Assembly: GCA_029717555.1 (NCBI GenBank)
Contig: JAMDHS010000029.1
Coordinates: 62,001 to 126,000, forward strand
From: Peribolospora baueri
Taxonomy: Eukaryota
Reading direction: 5' to 3'
Length of the DNA stretch: 64,000 bases
A program made the position numbers and the translations under genes. The notes below the pieces were generated by a model. It made no database searches. It saw nothing but the letters and a program-made list of their open reading frames with translations, and was not told where the DNA came from. Shown here piece by piece: positions 1 to 11,236 of the stretch (positions within the stretch are counted from its first letter, which is position 1; every line of letters begins with the position of its first letter).

Positions 1-363
1 GGCTTTATAAATCTCCCAGAGCTTTCCCTGAAAATCGTCCACTTTGCTGACACTACCCCCAATTACGCTCTCCAGAAACTCCTCATCGGAGGCCACGCGT
101 GCGTAGAGTTCGTTGTATAGCGGTTGGAGCTTGTTGGCAAGCTGGAAGAGATAGAAGGGGTAGGGCGTTGGAAAGAGGGCGAACGGCGCGTGGATGACGC
201 TGCCGGGGTCGGGAGGAGAGGAAGCGGAAGCGGGAAGCGGACGATAGACGAGCCCGTGCGAGAGCGCCCAGTCAGTTTCGTTTTGAGCGAGTGAAGCGAG
301 CTGCGCGGACGTCAGGGTGGGAGGCCATGGCGGGAGCTCGCGAGTAGAGATTTGAGAGGACAT
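1..363 (-). CDS. GSH2: Glutathione synthetase (eukaryotic type), 5' part; gene continues beyond the window's left edge
   Basis: Manual minus-strand translation from ATG at 363: MSSQISTRELPPWPPTLTSAQLASLAQNETDWALSHGLVYRP...SVIHAPFALFPTPYPFYLFQLANKLQPLYNELYARVASDEEFLESVIGGSVSKVDDFQGKLWEIYKA. The WPP, DWAxxHG, HAPFxLxPxPF/YP, QPxYNELYA and VDDFxxxLW motifs are typical of the N-terminus of fungal glutathione synthetases. The frame is open to position 1 with no in-window stop, so it is not in the ORF track. Confidence 0.88.
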   Translation of the reverse strand, partial: MSSQISTRELPPWPPTLTSAQLASLAQNETDWALSHGLVYRPLPASASSPPDPGSVIHAPFALFPTPYPFYLFQLANKLQPLYNELYARVASDEEFLESVIGGSVSKVDDFQGKLWEIYKA

Positions 364-548
364 TGTGAAACTGGTTGGGAGGGAAACGAGGTAGTGTAAG
401 AAAGGACGGCGCCGTCGTTGCTGGTGGTGAGCACACGACGCCCAGGGCAGCTCCCTCTCTCACTTTCAGCGTGGCGAGGTCGGAGACACAGGAAGGTTTA
501 CCTTGTCGCACCGCTCTTGGCCTGCCTGTCTGCTCTTCGTGCAAATAG

Positions 549-579
549 CGTCGTTGTCGTTGTCGTTGTCGTTGTCGTC
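549..579. repeat. (GTCGTT)n hexanucleotide microsatellite in the GSH2/cysteine synthase intergenic region
   Basis: gtcgttgtcgttgtcgttgtcgttgtcgtc read directly. Confidence 0.9.
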
Positions 580-678
580 CGGCGTCGTCGGCTGGCCGTC
601 GTGCTCGCCATTCTCCGTTCCACCATCGTCCTCCCCCTCTCGATCATTTTCTTCCGCAAGTCCGAGTTATCTCCGTGA

Positions 679-686
679 TATATAAA
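679..686 (+). promoter_or_regulatory. Putative TATA box of the cysteine synthase gene
   Basis: TATATAAA about 105 nt upstream of ATG 790, followed by a pyrimidine-rich tract, in otherwise GC-rich DNA. Confidence 0.5.
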
Positions 687-789
687 TGTGATCTTCGTTC
701 CGTCCGTCCGGTTCTTCCCTTCTTCATCCACCCTTCCTCGCCTCCTCATCACCGACACCAAGCCGGTGCTGAGATTTTTCTCGCTCACC

Positions 790-2437
790 ATGGCGTCCGC
801 GTTCCGTGCTTTCACCACCTCTGCCCTCCGCAAAGCGCAGTTGGGCTCCGTCGCCGCCGCTCATGCCAAGCCCGTGAACGGTTTCGTCGGCGCCGTGGGC
901 AACACTCCTTTGGTGAGTTGAAGCTTTCTTCATTCTATCCATGTTGCACGGAAACACGATGCTCAATTCGGCGACTGTAACCGCCACTACGCTTTCAGGT
1001 TCGTCTCAAGAAGCTCTCTGAGGAAACCGGCAGCCAAATTCTCGCCAAGGCAGAATGGATGAACCCGGGTGGGAGCGTCAAGGACCGGGCCGCGCTGTAC
1101 ATCGTTAAGGACGCCGAGGAAAAAGGTGAGCTCACGTTGCTTTGCCGTATAATTATGGGTTGGACATTCCGTCGCCAACTTCCGCTGATTGTTCGGTTTG
1201 TCTCTCTGCTCCGACGCCTCTCCTTCTGTGCCCCGTCTCACCGCCCGGCCACGCCACTCCTCACAGGCCTCATCATGCCCGGCGGCACGGTGGTCGAAGG
1301 CACGGCTGGCAATACGGGTATCGGCCTCGCGCATGTTTGTCGCTCAAAGGGTTACAAGTGCGTCATTTACATGCCCAACACGCAGTCTCAGGAAAAGATC
1401 GATTTGCTCCGCATGCTAGGCGCCGAGGTGTACCCAGTTCCTGGTGAGTGAGCCAAGCGCGGGATGAGCCAGCGAGAAATTCCCGTGTGAATTTGTGTTC
1501 TCACTCGCGCACCCAACGCCTTCTGTCCTTCCCGTCCCTCCCCTTCTCTCGTCACCCTGATTCGCAGCCGTGGCGTTCGACAACCCCCAGAACTACAACC
1601 ATCAAGCTCGACGACACGCTGAGTCCCTTCCGAACGCCGTGTGGACGAACCAGTTTGACAACACCGCCAACCGACGCGCGCACATCGAGACGACCGGTCC
1701 CGAAATTTGGGAGCAGACAGGTGGCAAGGTCGACGGTTTCATTTGCGCGACGGGAACGGGAGGTAGTTTGGCGGGAACTTCGAGGTTTTTGAAGGAGAAG
1801 AGCGATGGCAGGGTGCAGGCTTGGCTTGCCGACCCGCCGGGGAGCGTTCTGCATAGCTACCTGCAGAGCGGAGGCAAGTTGATGGAGAGGAGTGGAGGCA
1901 GCATCACGGAAGGTGAGTTGTCATTGAGGCCGCGAAGGTCCGGCTTGCCTCGTCGTTCTCCCAGTATTGACCCGTCCGTTCTTGGCTCACCTAGGCATCG
2001 GTCAGGGTCGTGTCACGGACAACCTCAAGCCGGACATCAGCATCCTCGATTCGTCGCTGAGCATTCCGGATGAAAAGTCGATCGAGATGGTGTTCCGCCT
2101 CCTCGATGAGGAAGGGCTGTACGTCGGCGCTAGCTCCGCGCTCAACGCCGTCGCCGCGTATGAGATGGCCAAGGCGATGGGTCCGGGGAAGACGATCGTC
2201 ACTTTGCTCTGCGATGGAGCCTACCGGTGGGTCGATGGCTGCAAGGTGTTAGCCAGGCGGCCTTTGTTTACCGAGTTTGATCCGCTCACTTTGCTCCTCT
2301 CTGTTCGTCTCCTCCATGCGCCGTCGGACGTCGACTACAGGTACCAGAACAGGCTCTTCTCGCGCAAGTGGCTTGAGAGCAAGGGCCTCGAAAAGGCCAT
2401 CCCACCGCACTTGCAAAAGTACATCGTTCTCGACTGA
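790..2437 (+). CDS. Cysteine synthase (O-acetylserine sulfhydrylase, CysB/Cys11-like), multi-exon, with probable mitochondrial targeting peptide
   Basis: Exons give [25 protein letters not shown] (PLP lysine motif), [75 protein letters not shown]. Introns are GT-AG. N-terminus [15 protein letters not shown] resembles a transit peptide. Confidence 0.95.
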
Positions 2438-2760
2438 TCGGATCGTCTTCGCGCTCCTCTCCCTGCATGAAACCTACCTTGTCTCCTCTCCGCCGTTCTC
2501 GTCTATCCGTTCTCCTACATCACTAGATAGTTACTGGGACTTGTTCGGCAGACTTCGGCTAGGCAATGGAAGAAAACCGTTCGGGGATAACCCTAACTTG
2601 TTGCGCCGATCGGGTGTTCGCCTTCGGGTACTCGGCTCTGGCGATGTGACTGTGGGGCGGAAGAAGATTCGAGTCGATACCTTCATCCGCATTGACTTGC
2701 GAGGAGACGACGACGAACGACGACGTCTCGTCATTACCTTCACAACCTTCTTCTTCAACG

Positions 2761-5493
2761 ATGCCGACGACCACCACCACCTTTGTTCAAGCGGACGTCG
2801 GCACACCCGTGCCCTTCGTGCCGCACGCTGTCTCCGTGTCTCTGCCCACTTGGAAGGACAATGTCGACTACGAGGAGGGTGCACCGAGGATCACAGAGCT
2901 TATGCAGAACGGGTATCCCAGGTTCTTCATTCATAAGAAGATACAGGAGGTGAGCGGTCCCCTTTCGGAGCTCACGGTGTTTGGCGCGAGGTGGGAACTG
3001 CATATAAGAGGACCGCAAGCGAGACGCCTCCGAGTCAGCTCGGCCTGAGCTGGGAGTTCCGTTTTGTGTGGTTGGTAGGCAGGCAGGCTTCTGAACAAAA
3101 GCTAAACGCATTTTCGCGTCCCTTTCGGCCTCCTCTATTGACCACACGCAGCTCGCCGCCGTCTGCGAAGCCAAGTTCGCCTCACCATCCGAGAAGTGTT
3201 TGCTCGTACCTACGTCCCGCATCGCCGAACGATGTCGCGACTTCATCCGCGCACAGAGCGCCGAGCCGCTCAACGTCTCTATCGTTCACTTCCGCATTCT
3301 CACGAACAATATCTCTGATGCCCCGTCTAGGACGTCCCCTAAGACCTCGCCAGATCCATCTTGTACCTCCGCGCCTTTGTCCAGAGAAACGAGCGGTGGA
3401 GGCGCACCCGCCTCTTCCTCCTCGACGTCTACGACCCGTCCCTCCTCCACCGTCTCTCTCCACATCGTTCTCTTTCCCTCTCACGCCTTTCCCCTTGCCA
3501 AAGCTTTCTGGCAACACACCGGAGATGGCATCAGTAGTCGCATGGCGGAGCGCTGTCTCGAGCTTCTCAAGGCGGCCGAACGAGAGGAGCAAGGGAGGCA
3601 GAGTGCCAACGGAACCCATTCGGTGGCATCCAGTTTGAACGGTTCGGGTATTGGGGCGAATGGGAATGATGTTGGCGGTATGGGCGACACGGACGTAGCG
3701 GCGACGAGTCGAGCGAGAAACTATTCGCGGAACCGACATTATTCGAAGAAGGGCTTCCAAGTGCCTGGCCCGGGCAAGGACGCTTTTCCAGCGCTCGTCG
3801 CTTCGCCCTCTCTCCCCTCCTCTCGGCGCGGCTTTTCCGCTAGTCATCCTACCTTGACCATGTCCGATGACGACGACCTGGACGAAGGCAAAGAGGCGGC
3901 CGATGACACTTTCACGTCGGACCATTCCGTCTACGTCGAGGAACGGTACGGCCGCAACCTCCCGCTGAGCTCCGCTCCGCTCGCCAAGCGCGCCCTCCGT
4001 CGGCGGATCGCCGGCGTTCTCGCCGCGGACGCGTTTTCGAGCGGCTCCGCGTCCACACATGCTCCTGAAGCGTCGCTCGATTGCATGGCGACTACGAAGG
4101 AGAGCGCGAGGGGCGTGGCGGAGGTGACAGAGGAAGACGTATTCTTGTTCCCGACCGGCATGAACTCCATCTGGCATGCCCATAGGGTGGCTAGGATGGT
4201 TGGCGGCGAGGACGTAAAAAGCATATGTTTCGGGTGAGGAGTCCGGCCATGGCCCTTGGATGTGAACGCTCCAGCTCTACACAAGCACACGAATTCAGCA
4301 TTGACGCCGTGCGCCTTTCTGGTCCCCTTCAGCTTCCCCTACACCGACACACTCAAGGTCCTTCAAAAATGGGGCGCTGGATGCGTCCACTACGGGCACG
4401 GCCTCGACGCAGACCTGGACGACCTGGAGGCCTACCTGTCCATCACACCGCGCCATGCGGACTCCAAAGCGCCGGCGCCGTTCCTCGCGCTCTTCTGCGA
4501 GTTCCCCTCGAACCCGCTCTTACGGTCGCCCAACCTCCGACGCATAAGGGCGCTCGCGGACAAGTACGGTTTCATCATCGTTGTCGACGAGACGGTGGGG
4601 AACATGGTCAACGTCGAGGTGCTCCCTTGGGCGGACATTGTCGTTTCGAGCTTGACCAAAGTGTTCTCCGGCGACACCAATGTCATGGGCGGCAGGTAAG
4701 GCGGATGACTGCACGTTCTGTTTTCGCCCGAGGGCCTCGCCTCGCGTCCTAGAATGACGTCCAGCTCGCGCTCACACCTATCTTTCTTTTGCATACCAAC
4801 GACCGATCGGTATTCGTTCTTGCGCACGATCGTACAAAAAGCATGGTCCTCAACCCGCGCTCGTCGCACTACGCCTCGCTACGGACGGCCATGGCGAAGC
4901 ACTACGAGGACGCGTACTGGCCCGAGGACGCGATCTACATGGAGCGCAACAGCCGGGACTTTGTGGGCCGCGTCCAGCGCATCAACGCTAACACTGAGGC
5001 GCTCTGCGATCGGTTGAAGGCCGCTGGCGGCGAACGCGGGCCGACGGTGATCAAGGCGGTGTACTATCCCAAGTACGAAACGCCAGAGCACTATGACGCC
5101 TGCCGACGCCGTCCCGCCAGCTCGGCTTCGGCTTTGTCGTCGTCGTCGTCGTCTTCTTCTCCTCTGGCAGACCAGGCGGCCGTTTGCCCTTCTTCAGGAG
5201 GCTACGGCGGCCTTTTCAGCGTCACCTTCGTCTCCTCCGCCGCGTCCGAAGCGTTCTTTGACGCCCTGGACGTCTACAAAGGCCCGTCCCTGGGCACCAA
5301 CTTCACCCTCGCCTCCCCCTACACCATCCTCGCTCACTACGCCGAGCTCGACTGGGCCGCCGGCTTTGGCGTCGAGAGGAACCTTGTGCGGGTCAGCGTG
5401 GGCATGGAGGACAAGGAGTGGCTCTTCTCGACGTTTGATAGGGCCGTCGAGGCGGCGCAGAGGGCGCATTCGCGCCGTCTGTCGGACGCCTGA
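2761..5493 (+). CDS. STR2: Cystathionine gamma-synthase (Str2/MetB-like, PLP-dependent), multi-exon
   Basis: [99 protein letters not shown] (PLP lysine), [24 protein letters not shown]. Confidence 0.93.
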
Positions 5494-5628
5494 CGCCTGA
5501 CAGGATGGGCGCTTACACCGTCGTGCATGAATGAATGTTTGAATGAACAGGTCAGTGTGTCCCGGTCCGCGCGTGCATACGATCGTTTCGAACGAGAAAG
5601 ACGGAAAGTGTCCGCGACGTGAAATCGA

Positions 5629-5670
5629 CGCGACTGCGTGCGACTGCGACTGCGACTGCGACTGCGACTG
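5629..5670. repeat. (GCGACT)n microsatellite between the convergent CGS and NAS genes
   Basis: cgactgcgactgcgactgcgactgcgactg read directly. Confidence 0.9.
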
Positions 5671-5938
5671 CCTGCCGTTCTAATAAACTCGGTATCCAAT
5701 GCTCGGTATAGGACAGTTGTGAGGCTCGAACATGCGGAATCAAAGACGGAGGGAGGGACGGAAAGGAAGCCAAGCCAGCCTACGCGGGGAGAGGGTGGCA
5801 GGCGGGAGGAGGGAGAGGAGAGATATGTGTCTGCGGCGCGGCTCTTGGGTGGGTGTGTATGTGTATGTGTGTGGTGTGTGAGAGGGGCAGCGACCGGACC
5901 GGTGACTAAAGATGGGAGGCCGTCGCGCCGCCATCTCG

Positions 5939-7605
5939 TCAAATGCGCCGGGCGACGATGCAGCTGTTGATGACCTGTCGTCGGGTCGGGGGATACGGAG
6001 CGAGGGTCAGCACATCGGCGAGTCAAGACGCGACGAGATGCGACAAGACGAGAGGAGACGAGACGAGATGAGACGAGACGATGGGGACGGATCCTCGCTT
6101 TCACCTCGTTCCGCGGATGCAGAGTCGCTTCTACGACAAGCCTGCCTTCACCTGCACTTGCGACGGCCGTCTCGCGTACGCGCGGGTAGATAAGCGATTT
6201 TGGACCGTCGGCAGAGCTGTCAAGCCGCAGAAGAGGGGCTAGGGTTTAGTAGAAACCCCAACATCTCCCCCCCCCCCTTCCCCCCCTCTGCTCACCGAAT
6301 TAGCAGCATAGCCCCAGGAGACATATGCGTGGCGACATGGCGTACACACTCGTCCTTCTCCTCAGCACGGAGGCCGACGAGCGCGGCTAGGAAGATGGTG
6401 TCGGCGCGAGCGATCATCGAAGGGTCCAGCGCGGCGGCCGCCGAGGTATGGAAGGAGAACGGCGCCGGGCTTTTCTGGCTCTGGCTGGGGACGAGCTCGG
6501 GCGCCACGCGTTCAGTGAGCGCTCTGGATAGGGAGAGCGCTTTGAGGTCCATGTCGACGTTTGTGACGGACCACGCGGGGCGAGAGGATGGGGCCGGGAA
6601 TGGCAAGGACGGCTCGTCGTCGCCCGCGTCGCCCGCGTCTTCGACGTCGTCGTGCCCGTCAAAAGGCACGAACGCGGCGGCGCCGGCAGGCAAACCATCT
6701 CCGACCTCTGCCTCCGCGCACCCCCACCTGGGCGCGATATGATCGGTGGCGAGGATCAAGCTGGTGAGAGGGAGCGGGCCACTGCCAAGGAAGAGGACAT
6801 GGCGGGGGTCGGCGCCTAGACCGCGAAGGAGGTGGTACTCTAGGCGGGTGAGCTGAACGTAGTTGGAAAAGTAGGGGAACGAGGCCACCGGGGTCTCGGC
6901 GAGGGGGACGGACGTCGACGACGGCGGAGGAGGGGAGGCGTCCTGAATGACACGGAGCGCCCACCACCTTTCGAGGCGCGACTCTGCCTCGGCACAGAGA
7001 GAAGGAAGCTCCCTCACGGCGGCTTCGAAAGCTGTTCGATCTCGGTCCGTTGTCGTCGTCGTGGGAAATCGCCCGTGGGCCATCTCTATCGTCTGTGCCG
7101 CCATCTCAGCGTCGCCTTGGCCGTCGGCGTCGGCGTCGGGTCTGGTGACGAGAGCGACGAGGGCGGAGAAGAGCGCGTTCGTCTCCGGTCCAGGGTCCAA
7201 GCTGGGCAGGGCGAGGATGAGGTGATGAAGGCGGACCAGCGCCTGGCGCAAGTCTGACCGTCCGTCCTGGTCTTCAGCCGTCGGTCCGGTCGTACGACCG
7301 TAGCCGGAGCGCGGCTGTCCATGCGCACGTACCGGGTGCTCTCGTGATCGCCGACCGTCCATGCCTCGGTCGTCGTCGATCGCATCAAGATGGGTGGGCT
7401 CGCTGGGCGGCGTCGGAAGCTGGACGTTGCGTTCGTCGGCGTAGTCGTCGTCGTCGTCGTCGTCGTCGTCCGCCTCGGCGCCCAACACGACCAAGCTTCG
7501 GTCGCAGTCGAGGTCGAAGCCGGACGGGGGCGGCGGCTTGACCTGGCTGGCGGCGACGGCGAGACAGGCGTTGGCGTTACGGGAGCGTGGGAGAGAGGAG
7601 ACCAT
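5939..7605 (-). CDS. Nicotianamine synthase (NAS family); 3 exons 7605-6296, 6216-6105, 5974-5939, about 485 aa
   Basis: LPSLxPxxxxNALFSxLV, AESRLERWWA, FPYFSNYVQLTRLE, FLGSGPLPLTS, NVDMD and FLAALVG...EKD. After hand-splicing: LLIRSADGPKSLIYP and HPRNE|VINSCIVARRI*. These match NAS family motifs (FPYxxNY, GSGPLP, FLAALVG, RSAHGxRxxLYP, HPxxEVINSVxVAR). Both introns are GT-AG and keep the frame. Confidence 0.92.
6025..6080. repeat. Imperfect (GAGAC)n pentanucleotide repeat in NAS intron 2
   Basis: agacgcgacgagatgcgacaagacgagaggagacgagacgagatgagacgagacg; a similar array lies at about 10700-10730 in a GPI10 intron. Confidence 0.75.
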
Positions 7606-8525
7606 TTGGAATGAGGGGAGGTCAGACTACGGGCGAGCTCCTGTCTTTCTTTCGCTGCGGAGACGAGGGAGGGAGGGAGAGGCGAAACGGGACGGGGCTT
7701 GGTGGTGATATAGTTAGTTCAATGGAGGTATCGGCCGATGTGCATCGAGCGAGCTGGCCGAGTGGAAGGGGGTGAAGAGGGGTCGGCCGGCTTAAAGAGC
7801 TGCGTTGTGGCGGGTCGGAAGGGAGCCGAGGGAAGGAGGAGGAAGGAGGAGGAGGCAAGAGGGGCGGCAATGAAGGGGCGAGACGAGGCGATACGGGAAA
7901 TTCACATTTTCCACCGAGCTGAGCCGTTTTTGGTGGCGGAAGCCTATTGTGCAGAGGAGACGGCACCTGAGCGTTCACCAACCCGAGGGGGGGGGGCGCG
8001 AGCGGAGAGGAGGGTGAGCGATTTACGAAGTGCGATTGCGTTTCCGTCCGTCTGTCTGTCCGTCTTTCTTTATTCTTCCTTCACCGGAAGGCGGATGCGA
8101 GTGGGAGAATCCGGCGAGGACGAGGAAGGGAGCGTGTGTGGATTTCAAATCGGCCGGGTGGAGGTGGGAAGGCGAAAGAAACGATAAGCGACGATGATTA
8201 GATGACGATCGCATTGTTGCCGCAGCACCAGCCGCAGCCGCAGCAGTCGCTCGAGCGCCCGCTCCTTGCCGAGTGAGTACCTCGGCGGTGACGATCACCG
8301 CGACGGTCGTCCTCCGCTGGAGAAGACGGACGGAGACTCACGATCGAACTCGCACAACGCTCGCACTCACTCCCACCCTCGCACATCGTTGTTTCGTACA
8401 CATATCTTCTCCACCCGCTCGCCAATGATAATCCCGGATCCTGTCGCCATCGCCCGCGCCCGCGCTCGCGCCCACATGGGCATTCGTCCGTCATCGTCCT
8501 TCGCTCACCCACTCTAATAACTGAT

Positions 8526-11236
8526 CTAATATTCTACATCCATCCCTTCGCCACGCCCACGCGGCCCGCCTCCTCGCCAAGCCAGGACGACCACGTCGCC
8601 CCTCCTCCGCTCGTCCTCGTGGAAATGAGTGTTCCACACTCGCAGACGCTCCTCGTAGCCTCGAGAACGGAGGAGAGAACCCACCGTCTCCGTCTCCGTC
8701 TCCGCGTCCGCGTCCGCGCCCGCGCCCATGCCCATGCCCATGCCCGTAGCGCGTCCTTTTCGCCGAGTCACGTCCAACAGCGTCTCGAACACGACCAGGT
8801 GGGACGGCCACGTATGTCGCCAACCGAGGTCGTCCTCGTCCTCGTCCTCGTCGTCTTCGTCTTCGTCTTCGTCTGCCGTCGTCGTCGCCCTCTTTCCTGT
8901 CGACGCGCCGACGACGACGGCGGGCGATGGCGGGAAGGTGGCATCGACAGAGGCGGGAAAGCGCTCGATGATATAAGCGTATGGATCTGCGTAGAAATAA
9001 TCAGACTGGTCTTTGTAGCTAGGAGAGTCGCCGCTGTCGCGTCGCATCGCAAGGACGACGAGGAGAACAGAGAACGGGAACGGGAACGCCGTCGAGTGTG
9101 AGCCGATCAGTGCTCGCGTCCAGCGGCCAAGGACCAACAAGGTCGAATCATTCGCCCCCCTGGATCTCACACTCACCTTAAACGCGGCTCGCACCCAATC
9201 TTCCACAGCCGCCCGCCCTCGCCGCTACCTCCCGTCCTCTCACTCCACCCCACTTCCCCCTCCCGCACCTCCAGCTCTGGCCAGTGCAGATGGCTCTGCC
9301 ATGGTGTGCTGTGACACGGCATCAGGAAGCCTACGCTCCGCACCTCGCCCCAGCCTGACCCTGACCGTGACCTTGAGCTGGCGCTCTCCGTGCCGGAAGG
9401 GCGGAGAGAGCGAAGGGCGTAGAGCACCTCCACTTGCCCGCGCTGGTGCTTTCCAACGAGGTACCATGCCGGCGGGAGGGTGGTGAGAAGCAGAGCGACC
9501 AAGTGGCTCTTCTTCAGCTGGATCCCCATCCCCATCCCACTCCGCCCCCGCCCCCGCCCCTTCCCATCCCTTTCCACCAGATGACCGCCCGCGCGAGCGG
9601 CCAAGATGGAGAAGACCGGCACGAGCGGCTGGAGGAAGCGAAACTCTTTGTGAGAGAGCAAGCTGTAGCAGAATACCGTCCAGAGGCAGAGCTGTGCGAG
9701 CGTGCGCAGGCCTTTGTCATCAGCAACCCTTCCCTCTTCATTTTCACCGCCGCCCTCTTTTGCTCCTCCCGGTAGCCCCCTTCCCGTTGCTCTCAACGCC
9801 AAACCCGCTCCGAGCGCGACGAGCGGCAGCTGCGTCCAACAGAGCACGGGTACGCCTTGACTGAGGTACCAGTGCCATGGATTGGCACCGTAGAAGACAG
9901 AGACAGAGTGCAGGACGTTTTGAAGGAGGAACGGTAGCGGCGTGAACGTTGGGATCAGGCGGAGATGGGTGAAAGGGGACGGGGATGGGGAGGAGGAAAG
10001 GGAGAAGAAAAGGGTGTCGAGGACGAAGGTGAAGGCGGCGGAAAGCGCGCTTCGATGGGGTTGGACGTGGTAGAAAAGGACCAAGGCAGGGGTACACAGA
10101 ACTAGGGTGAGCAGACGCTCCCGGGCCATGCAATGCAACCTACGCTGTGCTCACCCGACGAGGACGACGACGGTCAATGCTCGTACGACCGCTCTCCACG
10201 TTTGCTTCGCCCATCGCGTCCAGAGGAGTTTGATGCCGAGGAAAACCCACAGCAGAGCGTTGGTAGGCCGCATGAGGCAAGCCAGCGAGGCGAGGCAGAG
10301 CGACGTGATGAGCGAGTCGGCACGCCAACAACGTCTCCCGCCATCGTCGCCGTGTCCTCCTTCGATCTCCTCGAAAGGCCAGTAATAGAGTGCCATGACG
10401 GTGAGCACGGCTTCGGCGTTGTTTGAGAAAGTGCGCGTGGCCGTGTATAGACCGTACAAGGACGAGTGAGCGAGGACGAGCTGTGAGCGAGGGGGGAAGG
10501 CCTTAATGTCAAACTACGTGGCCGGGGCAGACGGAACGGAAGAAGGACGACGAAGGATGATGAGCCAGGACGCTCACAGCTGTCAACGCTCCCTCGCGTC
10601 CGCCCAAAAGTCGAGCGGCCAGCTTGTAGGTGTACAGGTCACCGACGGCGGCGAGGACGGCTTGGACGAGCCGAGGGACGAGGACCTTTGTCAGGGAGCG
10701 CGACGAGACGAGACGAGACGAGATGAGAGACGGGGAATGGGGGGAAGAAGCGAAGGTGCTAGGTCAGAGGACGTTCGGTCAAGCTGAGGTTCCCCCGATC
10801 GTAAAGGGCCGTCGCTCACGAGCAAAGGCGTTTGATCCAGTCCGAGAACGTGGAGCGCCCAATATCCCGGCACGAACAGGACAGGCCAGGCGGGACTCCT
10901 GATGGGCCCGCCCTTCAACAACGTCGCCCACTGCTGCCCTCCTCCGTCTTGTCCCGTGGCCCTGCCATCGCGCCACTCCCAAGTGCGATAGCCGTATCCG
11001 AACACGATCCTGTGCGCCACTTCGAGCGATTGGAAATACTCGTCCGGCTGAAAGAAGGTGCGCGTGAGGAAGGCAAGGAGGAGGCGTAGAAGGAGCGTGG
11101 GGAGGAAGACGGTGCGGAGGAGGGATGGGGCAGACCTGTTGGCGGACACCGGCGGCGAAGAAGAGGAAGAAGAAGAAGGTGCGCCTGTTCGGTCGCGCAG
11201 AGCGGCAGCGGCGGCAGCAACGGGGCGCTTCCTCAT
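8526..11236 (-). CDS. GPI10: GPI mannosyltransferase 3 (PIG-B/Gpi10), multi-exon
   Basis: TRTFFQPDEYFQSLEVAHRIVFGYGYRTWEW, PIRS, TRTFSN..E, RPTNALLW, SVFYGANPWHWYLSQG, HKEFRFLQP, GFLMPCHSTPWQSH, CEP, YKDQSDYFYADP, WPSHLVVF, HFHEDERRRGDV. Confidence 0.93.

Noticed and set aside
6170..6190. Apparent frameshift or tiny intron in NAS exon 2
   Set aside because: Careful re-reading gives a continuous frame (YPRVRETAVASAGEGRLVVEATLHPRNE); the gene is intact.
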